From positions 13,737 to 77,736 of the forward strand of contig CAKZRU010000110.1 of NCBI GenBank assembly GCA_937146725.1: 64,000 bases of DNA. The letters are read 5' to 3'. Shown here in pieces: positions 27,810-35,599 of the stretch; position 1 is the first letter of the stretch; every line of letters starts with the position of its first letter. Position numbers and translations under genes: made by a program. The DNA comes from an uncultured Myxococcales bacterium. Its GTDB lineage: Bacteria; Myxococcota_A; Bradymonadia; UBA7976; VGTA01. The notes under the pieces were generated by a model. The model was not told the DNA's origin, did no database searches, and was given only the letters and a program-made list of their open reading frames with translations.

Positions 27810-27841
27810 ACTTGTCAATACGCTTGTCAATTACTTGTCAA
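27810..27841. repeat. Three direct copies of CTTGTCAAT (minus strand ATTGACAAG, each containing TTGACA)
   Basis: Copies at 27810-27818, 27822-27830 and 27833-27841. Confidence 0.85.
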
Positions 27842-27879
27842 TATATTTACTAGCATTACAGCTGAATAAACGTAATGAA

Positions 27880-28263
27880 TTAGAAAGAAGGTACTTTGAC
27901 CTTTAACCCCTTAGGGCCTTTAATCTGAATATTTCCTTTGGCATCTTTAGTAATTGAACCTTGCTTACTCTTAATCTTGATAGAGCCATCCTTAGTTTTT
28001 TTCACTTGAGTGCCTTTGGTGGTGATGACTGAGGCTCCATCCTTGGTTTGCTTCACTTGAGTGCCTTTGGTGGTGATCACTGAAGCCCCATCCTTGGTTT
28101 GCTTCACTTGAGTGCCTTTGGTGGTGATCACTGAAGCCCCATTCTTGGTTTGCTTCACTTGAGTGCCTTTGGTGGTGATCAGTTTTTTTGTAGGCTTTGC
28201 TGAAACGGCAGTAAGTGCGCAGAAAAATAATGATAGGGCGGTAAGAGAAATGAACTTTTTCAT
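27880..28263 (-). CDS. Small secreted Lys/Thr-rich repeat protein
   Basis: Signal peptide MKKFISLTALSLFFCALTAVSA, then four copies of TTKGTQVK(Q/K)TK(N/D)G(A)S(V)I. Confidence 0.6.
   Translation of the reverse strand: MKKFISLTALSLFFCALTAVSAKPTKKLITTKGTQVKQTKNGASVITTKGTQVKQTKDGASVITTKGTQVKQTKDGASVITTKGTQVKKTKDGSIKIKSKQGSITKDAKGNIQIKGPKGLKVKVPSF
27973..28176. repeat. About four tandem 51-bp (17-codon) repeats inside the secreted-protein CDS
   Basis: TTCACTTGAGTGCCTTTGGTGGTGAT recurs at 28001, 28052, 28103 and 28154, an exact 51-bp period. Confidence 0.9.
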
Positions 28264-28495
28264 AGTGATACCTTTATGTTTTCCTTATGGTTTAAATATT
28301 AGAATTAAGGTAATTCGGAGTAGGGCTCGTAGCTCTAGCGGTCTTGATTCGTCCAAGCATGATGATTATTCAAGACAATTGGTCATAAGGTACTTTAACA
28401 GCTTTTTCATCATATAACGATTAATTAAGAGCCTTGGTGATGACAGTTGTATCTATCCAGACATATAATCTGATCCTGAGATATAATATGTAGTT

Positions 28496-28528
28496 TTAAT
28501 GCTTGGTTATGTCTTAATGCTTGGTTAT
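28496..28528. repeat. Two copies of TTAATGCTTGGTTAT, 18 bp apart
   Basis: Read directly in the long spacer upstream of the Mrr-like gene. Confidence 0.8.
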
Positions 28529-28701
28529 TTGGATTAGTTTTATCTTTATGCACCTAGTAACTCACTCCTAAAACGAGTATTTTTCATGTTGATGTATCAT
28601 TTGGAGAGCATCAACTCGTTATCAGAATGCAGTGAACGGTTTAATCGTATTGTTCTCGATGAACCTTGACCCTTAATCATTGGTGCTTATCTTAATATAA
28701 A

Positions 28702-28750
28702 TCCTTATTTTGCTTGTAAGTCCCTATTTTGCTTGTAAGTCCTTATTTTA
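28702..28750. repeat. 2.6 tandem copies of a 19-bp unit TCCTTATTTTGCTTGTAAG
   Basis: Units at 28702-28720, 28721-28739 and a partial unit at 28740-28750, about 40 bp upstream of ATG 28792. Confidence 0.85.
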
Positions 28751-28791
28751 CCGTGGCTACAAACTTTGTTTACCAACCCATTAGGTTATTT

Positions 28792-30429
28792 ATGACCACA
28801 TCTCACGCTTCTTTGATCTCTCTTGTGATCGATTGTTTACATCGTAGTGAAATCGCTTTAACTAGCCGAGAGATTGCCCGCCGCTTGCTCAATGCACGTG
28901 CTGTTACTGATGTCACCTTAGAAGTATTGAATGAGCGCTTGCAAATGGTCTTAAAAGTTGAGCATCAAACTCGAGCAGAAGCTTCTCGTTTGGTTCGACG
29001 CGGAGAGTATTATGAGCTATCAGATTCAGGGATTTTTCCCATTATTTCTGAGCTCTCTGATGCTTCAGATCCATCACTGAGCTCGACTATGGTTCTGAGT
29101 GATAAGCTTGGTGATAAACTTGGTGATAAACTTGGTGATAAACTTGGTGATGAGCTTGGTGATAAAATTGGTGATGAGTCTAGTGATGAAAAGGCAACAT
29201 TGCAGCTTAAAGTGAAGGTGTATCCATTATTTCGCCAAGTGAGCTCTTTACTACGCTTAAGCCATGGCGAACGGTATTCAGTGGTAGAATCATTAAGGCG
29301 TAGTCTTAGAAGAACACTTAAAGCGGAACGTGAATCGGAGTTGCTTTCCAATTTTGAGGATGTAGAAACTTGGATCAGAGCTCATTTGATTGGTGGAAGT
29401 GCTCGCTTAGCCAAAAAACTTTGGGAAAACAGTGGACGCTTACTTTCTTTAGAGGACTTTGAATTTTGTTGGTCTTTGATTGAGTCTTACCAACTGCTGC
29501 GAGTTTGTGAAGATGGTATCTGGCGCTTGAACCATCAGGGAATGGCATTATTAAATCAGGAAGAAGAAGGTATATCTTCTGATTTAGGCATAGAAAAAGA
29601 AGTCCTAAGAGATATTGATCAGGCAGAAGGATTGATCGATATCTTGATGATTTGTCTAGAGCATAATCAAGTGACTCAAGATCAATTGGTGACTTTTTGG
29701 GGACAGGTTCTAAGACAAAACGGTAAACGTCGGAACAGAACTTGTATTGTTGAAGCGCTTAAGAGTCGCTTAAAGAATCTAGCAGACCGTGGCTTTGTTT
29801 ATAAAAAACAAGATATATGGCGCTTAAGCGAAGAAGGCTTATCATGGTTAAGAAAAGGCGGGATCCAAGCACCTAGTGCCGATCAAGAAGCCTTAGAACA
29901 AGTTTGGTCTGCCTTAAAGAAGCAACGAGATTTGGCTAAAAATAGCATTGCGAGTCTTTTGGACCAAATGGATCCGCGACATTTCGAAGCACTTATTTGT
30001 GAGCTATTAGAGTCAATGGGCTATGACGAGATTCATCTTACCCCTAATCGAAATGATATGGGCGTTGATGTCGTCGCAACGATTGAACTTGGGATTAGCT
30101 CTGTGAGAGAGGTGATTCAGGTTAAGCGTCAGCACCGGGCGATTCATCGTCCGGTTTTAGATGCATTAAGAGGTTCGCTCCATCGCTTTGAAGCTGTTCG
30201 CGGTACCTTGATTACCACTTCAAGCTTTTCAAAAGGTACTCAAGAGGCGGCCTTTGAGCGAGGGGCTGCTCCCATTACCTTGATTGATGGATCTCGTTTA
30301 ATTGAACTATTGATGCAACATGAGCTTGGTGTCAAACCAGTGCAGATAAAACTATGGCAGGTCGAGGCTAAACTTTTTGAAGTGGGCAGTGAACGAGAAT
30401 GGCCACTTTGGCGCTTTAAGGAAGAATAG
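28792..30429 (+). CDS. Mrr-type (type IV-like) restriction endonuclease domain protein with several N-terminal winged-helix-like modules
   Basis: The C-terminus reads FEALICELLESMGYDE..GVDVVAT...EVIQVKRQ...TLITTSSFSKG...ITLIDGSRLIELL, the Mrr_cat D..(E/Q)xK core. Start moved to ATG 28792 (the track uses TTG 28729). Confidence 0.7.
   Translation: MTTSHASLISLVIDCLHRSEIALTSREIARRLLNARAVTDVTLEVLNERLQMVLKVEHQTRAEASRLVRRGEYYELSDSGIFPIISELSDASDPSLSSTMVLSDKLGDKLGDKLGDKLGDELGDKIGDESSDEKATLQLKVKVYPLFRQVSSLLRLSHGERYSVVESLRRSLRRTLKAERESELLSNFEDVETWIRAHLIGGSARLAKKLWENSGRLLSLEDFEFCWSLIESYQLLRVCEDGIWRLNHQGMALLNQEEEGISSDLGIEKEVLRDIDQAEGLIDILMICLEHNQVTQDQLVTFWGQVLRQNGKRRNRTCIVEALKSRLKNLADRGFVYKKQDIWRLSEEGLSWLRKGGIQAPSADQEALEQVWSALKKQRDLAKNSIASLLDQMDPRHFEALICELLESMGYDEIHLTPNRNDMGVDVVATIELGISSVREVIQVKRQHRAIHRPVLDALRGSLHRFEAVRGTLITTSSFSKGTQEAAFERGAAPITLIDGSRLIELLMQHELGVKPVQIKLWQVEAKLFEVGSEREWPLWRFKEE
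29101..29184. repeat. Seven tandem 12-bp units (GATAAACTTGGT) encoding (GDKL)n
   Basis: Read directly. In frame within the Mrr-like CDS, giving GDKLGDKLGDKLGDKLGDELGDKIGDES. Confidence 0.9.
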
Positions 30430-30530
30430 TCACACATGCAGATGAATGTGCATTTACTTATTATTTAAACAGATTTTACTGAAATAATATGTTACTCCAT
30501 TGTAAACTTATGTAAGTGAAGGACAAAGAT

Positions 30531-31580
30531 ATGAATGAATCGAGCCCACATATACCGGCTAGTATTGACGAGGTTCTCCCGATCGGTCTTCAGGACCTTG
30601 AGCAATTGCGCTTGGTATTACGTGGCGATTCTGCACTCGATTGGCGTCGGCTGTCTTTACGTTCTTATGAAGAAGCCTATCAACTGTTAAAACTTGCTGG
30701 AATCGACTTAAGATATGACTCTGATCGGGCTCATTTAAGATCGATTTACAATCAAGCACTAGATTATCTTGATACCCAACTGAGCCACTTTGTTTCAAAC
30801 GGAGTCAGACAGCTTGAACGTCCGGAAGAGTTATTACTTTTAGCAAGTAAGCCCGGTATTCTTAGAGATGAGGCCTGCATTATTCTTAAGGTGATGCATG
30901 TTGTACATCATGTCGCTGGGCGTGAGCTTTTGTATAGACTACCCGTATCTACTCAAGACCTATTTTATAAGGTTGAACAGCGAGTCTTCAACGTGATTGA
31001 TGGCATGAGAGCACATGGGATTCGCATTGCTCAGTTTGAGGGAAGCCGAAAGACAAATTCTTCGATTCTCACTAAATTACTCTGCCGTTCAGATAGCTTA
31101 GCAGCCGAAGTTCACGATCGAATTCGCTTTAGAATTATTACCGAGGATTTGTCATCTTTATTTGAAGCATTGAATTATATGACGCGACAGCTTTTTCCCT
31201 TTAATTATATAGTACCTGGCGAGTCGCGTAATGACTTACTCGATTTAGAAGCAAGTATCCAAGAAGATGAATACTTAATGGAACTGTCAAAAGGGATGCA
31301 GGACTTGCCTAATCGTGATGGAGCTTCTAATCCTTACAGTGCCAAAGGCTTTAGAATGATTAACTTTGTGGTCGATTTGCCCGTACGTATTGATGAGGAT
31401 TTACCTATTGATCGTGTTTTTGATGAACGTTTAGGAAATACTGTCTTTTTACTGGTTGAGTTTCAATTGGTCGACCAAGCCACTCATATCACAAATAGTA
31501 CAGGTGATAATCGACATACTCTTTATAAAGAGCGTCAATTAAAGAAGGTTTTAGATCGTCTAACTCTTGAAGATAAATAA
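30531..31580 (+). CDS. RelA/SpoT-like nucleotidyltransferase-fold protein (possibly the TIGR04552-type family)
   Basis: EGSRKTNSSILTKLLCRSDSLAAEVHDRIRFRIIT matches the R.K...S...K......(I/V).D..G.RI(I/V) core of RelA_SpoT synthetase domains. Start set at ATG 30531, with AAGGA 7 nt upstream. Confidence 0.55.
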   Translation: MNESSPHIPASIDEVLPIGLQDLEQLRLVLRGDSALDWRRLSLRSYEEAYQLLKLAGIDLRYDSDRAHLRSIYNQALDYLDTQLSHFVSNGVRQLERPEELLLLASKPGILRDEACIILKVMHVVHHVAGRELLYRLPVSTQDLFYKVEQRVFNVIDGMRAHGIRIAQFEGSRKTNSSILTKLLCRSDSLAAEVHDRIRFRIITEDLSSLFEALNYMTRQLFPFNYIVPGESRNDLLDLEASIQEDEYLMELSKGMQDLPNRDGASNPYSAKGFRMINFVVDLPVRIDEDLPIDRVFDERLGNTVFLLVEFQLVDQATHITNSTGDNRHTLYKERQLKKVLDRLTLEDK

Positions 31581-31585
31581 AGTAT

Positions 31586-31636
31586 TCTAGTAGATCTCTA
31601 GTTAGATTCCCTAGTTAGATTCCCTAGTTAGATTCT
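31586..31636. repeat. Three perfect or near-perfect 13-bp units CTAGTTAGATTCC plus one degenerate copy
   Basis: Units at 31598-31610, 31611-31623 and 31624-31636. The last one contains the stop codon (CTA = TAG) of the minus-strand methyltransferase gene. Confidence 0.9.
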
Positions 31637-33495
31637 TTAGTCTCTTTACCTTCTTTGATTGCAAGTAACCTAAGCGTATTTGATAAACCTGGTCGAGCTA
31701 AGATTGGACGACAAAGTTTATCAAGAATAACGCCTAATAAGATGATGGGCATAAAGGTTAAGCTCGCTAATAAACGCCAAAGACTGAGTAGCGCTTTTTG
31801 AGCCTCTGAATATTGTGGGCGCCAAGGAGCGTTAGGATCAGGTGCAATGATCTGTAAAAGGATGATGGCCACAAAAAAGAAATCTACACTTTGATGAGCT
31901 TCTGAGCGATCGATTTCATGTACCTCAAACCCACGTTTTTGGAGTTCTGAACTTAGGTTTCCGGTGTTCATAAAATGAAGATGTTGCGGTTGAAACCATG
32001 GTAACCACAAACGGCTTAAACTACGTCCAAGTTTGGATTGAGGATCCGGTATTTCTATCATCAGCATACCGCCTTCATCTAAAACCTTGGCACAGGCATC
32101 AAGCTCGGCTAAAGGATCAGGAGTATGCTCTAAATAATGACTCATTGAAATCCCATCATATTTTCCTGATAGGCTCGGTGCTAACTCAGTAAATAAGCCT
32201 CGTATACCTTGGTCGCACCATGCTCTTTGCTGGGCAATTTCAACACTTTCAGACAGATCGAGTACATCAAACTTGGTCTGAGGAAGAAGATGCTTAGCAA
32301 TCAGGGCAAAATGTCCATGACCACCACCCACATCAAGCCAGTGACGAGGCGAGCCATGAGCCCTAACCATAGCAACCCTTTGGCGATATGACGTTTCGGT
32401 GGCCCCAAAAACCATGTCCATGCCTTGCTCACCTAGCCCATCATAAAAATCCCGATAATAAAAACTTAGTCCATCAAGATTGAGTTGGGGATTTTGGAAA
32501 ATATGGTCACAAGCTATGCAGCGATCAAGTTTAAATCGACCGGGTTTTAGCTGATAAAAGTCGGGCACAACCAAGTGTTCAACCAGCTGATTCTTTTCAC
32601 AAATAGGGCAGGTCTGGCGTTCGGATTGAAAAAAACGTTCTGTACCTTGCGAGATTTCTTGCTGATAGGAAGCTTTGAGCTGATCAAGGTTACTCTGCTC
32701 GGTTGTTTTCGGCGCTTTAAAAGTACTTGACCAATGATATAATTCATAAAAGGGTCTTAGCAGAGCATACTGAATCGCATTTGTCTTAAACTTACTACCC
32801 GACAAAATAAGAATGGGTTGAAGCATCCAAAGAATCAAGGTGATACTGCCCCAAAACGCCTGAGTCCATATCAAATAAGCCATTAAAGATAATATGATAG
32901 GCGTTGCCCATTTGACTTGATCAACACTTGCCCCATATAAGGCACTCAGTATACTCGCTCTAGTTTGATAACTGCCTAATACAGCTGCCTGCTCAGTATC
33001 TGATAGCTTCCAATGATCAAGATATAATAATGCGCTCTCCCAAGGCGCAAAGCGCTTAAGTGACTTAGCATATTTGATCCAAGTCAACATCGCTTCGTGA
33101 TCAGAGAGACCTTCATAACTTGGGGCGGGGCTGAGTTCTAATACGCTGACATGAACCAAGGCGGCTACACCAGCGCTCACGCCAGAAGCAAAAGGTTGCT
33201 GAGCAAAGTCGGTTGGATGTCTTTGATACAACAGAGCGAGTAGCCGATCGCTTGGTAGGCCAGCAGGTATAAGATCGGCGACTAACACACCTTCATCATC
33301 TGCCCATTGTACAGCTTGCCAAGTCATCTTTTGTGGAAGTGTTACCCCAGGCGCAGAAATGACCTTATAGTCAGCAAGAAGAGCAGGTGCTTCATCACCA
33401 CAGATTTGGTGATCAATACGAGGATAGGTCGTCGCTCTTCGCCATAGTCTAAAACTATCGAGCGCAAAGAGCGACATAAGTATTTCGGTGAGCAT
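31624..33495 (-). CDS. Class I SAM-dependent methyltransferase with a Zn-ribbon (Methyltransf_13-like) and membrane-spanning N- and C-terminal regions
   Basis: CPICEKN...CIACDH, then WLDVGGGHGHFALIA..VLDLS...YDGISMSHYLEHTPDP...GGMLMIEIPD. Hydrophobic helices flank the catalytic part. Confidence 0.65.
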   Translation of the reverse strand: MLTEILMSLFALDSFRLWRRATTYPRIDHQICGDEAPALLADYKVISAPGVTLPQKMTWQAVQWADDEGVLVADLIPAGLPSDRLLALLYQRHPTDFAQQPFASGVSAGVAALVHVSVLELSPAPSYEGLSDHEAMLTWIKYAKSLKRFAPWESALLYLDHWKLSDTEQAAVLGSYQTRASILSALYGASVDQVKWATPIILSLMAYLIWTQAFWGSITLILWMLQPILILSGSKFKTNAIQYALLRPFYELYHWSSTFKAPKTTEQSNLDQLKASYQQEISQGTERFFQSERQTCPICEKNQLVEHLVVPDFYQLKPGRFKLDRCIACDHIFQNPQLNLDGLSFYYRDFYDGLGEQGMDMVFGATETSYRQRVAMVRAHGSPRHWLDVGGGHGHFALIAKHLLPQTKFDVLDLSESVEIAQQRAWCDQGIRGLFTELAPSLSGKYDGISMSHYLEHTPDPLAELDACAKVLDEGGMLMIEIPDPQSKLGRSLSRLWLPWFQPQHLHFMNTGNLSSELQKRGFEVHEIDRSEAHQSVDFFFVAIILLQIIAPDPNAPWRPQYSEAQKALLSLWRLLASLTFMPIILLGVILDKLCRPILARPGLSNTLRLLAIKEGKETKESN

Positions 33496-33614
33496 ATCTG
33501 AGTTAGGCCCCGCTTTTCAGCAGATCAAAGGTTAAAAGATGATGAGATGTACTTGTTAATGGATCAAAGTATTTAGAGTTTAGCCGAAAGCCGTTCAATA
33601 ACTCAATGACTCTC

Positions 33615-34631
33615 TTAACGAATTGGAAGTTGATCATGGGCATTACCCCATGGAGAAGGAGGTAAATCGGCCGTACTCAAGCCTAGTTTTCGTTTAAGAA
33701 TAGACTCTACAGCGGCCAAAAAAGCGCCTACATCAACCCCATATTTTTTATATAAATAGTCACGTTGGCCGCCTTGGGCAAAGGTTTTCTGTAAGCCAAG
33801 ACGATAGATAGGGCAGTGGTGATCTCGAATTTGTTCACCATAAATCAGTTCGGTAATACTGCTACCCAGTCCACCTTGGCTCAAATGTGACTCCAAGGTA
33901 ATAATGCCTTTGTAGTTTTTATCATTAAAATATGTTTTGAGTGTACTTTGAGGACAGGGATGTAAAACAAAAAGATGGAGATGGGTCATAGAGACTCTTG
34001 CTTGCTTGAGCATATCACTTAAACGCAAAACTTCGGCTGTACATTGACCCATTGTAATCACTAAAAGATCCTGTCCCTCACTTAGGACCCGAGGCTCGTT
34101 TAAGCTTGGTTGACCATCAAATAAGCGAGGTGCTTTACTCATTGGGGCTCTTAAATAGACCGGCCCATCAATTTGATGAAGCAAGCTCAGACCTTTAATG
34201 AGTTCTTCTGCATCTCCGGGTTCAGCCACAGTAAAGTTTGGTAGGTTAAAAAGGGCTAAATCATCAATCGCTTGACCGGCGACTCCGCCGGGATGTGATA
34301 AGCCGGCATCAAAACCAATTAAACGAACCGGTAATCGTGGCGCAGAAATTTGATTAACAATGGCCTCATAGCCTGCCCGAGAAAGAGCACTTGCACTCGC
34401 ATGCAAAAAAGGACGAAAGCCCTCTGAGGCTAAGCCAGCACAAAAAGTCACCGCTGCAGAAATCCCCTCGGGCAAGTGAATTAAGCTTTGAGGCACTCGA
34501 TTAGGAGAGCCCTCGATGTGAGCTTTAGCCAGTTCACTTGCTGTGACACAAATGACATTTTCATCATCTTTGGCGAGTTGATGGAGGGCTTCAAGATAAG
34601 GTGTATCAGAAATGGCACGAGAACTTTTCAT
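33615..34631 (-). CDS. Transketolase family protein, C-terminal (pyrimidine-binding) section
   Basis: LPEGISAAVTFCAGLASEGFRPFLHA (the GIAEQ..AAGLA..G position), 338 aa, separated by 2 nt from the N-terminal-section gene. Confidence 0.75.
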   Translation of the reverse strand: MKSSRAISDTPYLEALHQLAKDDENVICVTASELAKAHIEGSPNRVPQSLIHLPEGISAAVTFCAGLASEGFRPFLHASASALSRAGYEAIVNQISAPRLPVRLIGFDAGLSHPGGVAGQAIDDLALFNLPNFTVAEPGDAEELIKGLSLLHQIDGPVYLRAPMSKAPRLFDGQPSLNEPRVLSEGQDLLVITMGQCTAEVLRLSDMLKQARVSMTHLHLFVLHPCPQSTLKTYFNDKNYKGIITLESHLSQGGLGSSITELIYGEQIRDHHCPIYRLGLQKTFAQGGQRDYLYKKYGVDVGAFLAAVESILKRKLGLSTADLPPSPWGNAHDQLPIR

Positions 34632-34633
34632 GC

Positions 34634-35545
34634 TTAACCTCGCTTCGGCTTATAGAGTTCGGCACGGACAGCGCTTTCAAAGTTCATGCGTTCTCGGCTG
34701 TTTTTAAAACGCACATAATCTAAGGGCAAACCAGCAAGGCTTAGATAAACCATACCTTGGCATGGATGGGTTCTTGCATGAATAATCAGTGGACCTTCAT
34801 GAGAGTAAACTTGGGAACTTGCATAGAGTTCCATAGGTTTATGTCCATCAATCTGTTCAACCTCCCACGGTTCACAAGTCTTGAGCCAGCCCTCTACCCA
34901 AGGGGCAGGCTTTTCTTCAAAGCGTGGGTCATTGATGAGAATCACTAAATTATTCAGCGTTTTAGCTTTGAGTAGATGCAATGCTTCCCATGCTTCACCA
35001 CTCTTTAACTCATGAGAGTCAACCAAAGCCCAAACTCGTCCATTTTCACCTCGGAGTTTTCGGCCCAAAGCTACGCCGGCGGCATAGGCGATACCATGAG
35101 CCGGTCGGCCGGTATGCGTTTCAAAACCGGGGGTATACGGAGCTGGCCACAGATCTAAGCTTCCACCATCTTGAGTATAAGTATCACTCACTCTTCCATC
35201 CAAGCGATGAACTTGGCTTAAGGCACAGACTACTGCTAACGAATATGAGGCGGGACTGATGATAAAACGGTCAAGATGAGGAGACTTGGGGCCATGATAG
35301 GCGGCTCCCTGTGTATTTCGGGCTCGTCGATCTGAGGGTAAACCTGGAAAGGGACGCGGTGAGGGAGGTGCTTCACTTTCTTCAAGTTGTAAGACCTTTG
35401 AGTAGAGCGTCATTAAAAGTTCAGCACTCGAACAGACTTGACTTAAGTAGCCTCCTTGAGACTTAACCGTATACTCAAAAGCTTTACGCCTCATCCTTAG
35501 GGCAGAACGCTCGACTTTTTCAGTCCAAGTTGATGTGTCGCTCAT
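34634..35545 (-). CDS. Transketolase family protein, N-terminal (TPP-binding) section, divergent
   Basis: GGYLSQVCSSAELLMTLY, HGIAYAAGVALGRKL and ..VDSHELKSGEAWEAL...NNLVILIND. The GDG of the TPP motif is replaced by VDS. Confidence 0.7.
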   Translation of the reverse strand: MSDTSTWTEKVERSALRMRRKAFEYTVKSQGGYLSQVCSSAELLMTLYSKVLQLEESEAPPSPRPFPGLPSDRRARNTQGAAYHGPKSPHLDRFIISPASYSLAVVCALSQVHRLDGRVSDTYTQDGGSLDLWPAPYTPGFETHTGRPAHGIAYAAGVALGRKLRGENGRVWALVDSHELKSGEAWEALHLLKAKTLNNLVILINDPRFEEKPAPWVEGWLKTCEPWEVEQIDGHKPMELYASSQVYSHEGPLIIHARTHPCQGMVYLSLAGLPLDYVRFKNSRERMNFESAVRAELYKPKRG

Positions 35546-35599
35546 ATTATCACTTTCTATATGAACCCCATAAATGAGTTGGTGACTTAGCTGTGAGAT

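Noticed and set aside
28323-28342. Considered a tRNA gene or pseudogene (GGGCTCGTAGCTCTAGCGGT).
   Set aside because: Only an acceptor/D-arm-like 5' half is present. There is no D-stem return strand and no T arm (GTTCRANNC) downstream. At best it is a relic, and it may be chance.
29010-29351. Minus-strand 113-aa ORF overlapping the (GDKL)n region.
   Set aside because: It is a shadow of the tandem repeat within the Mrr-like CDS.
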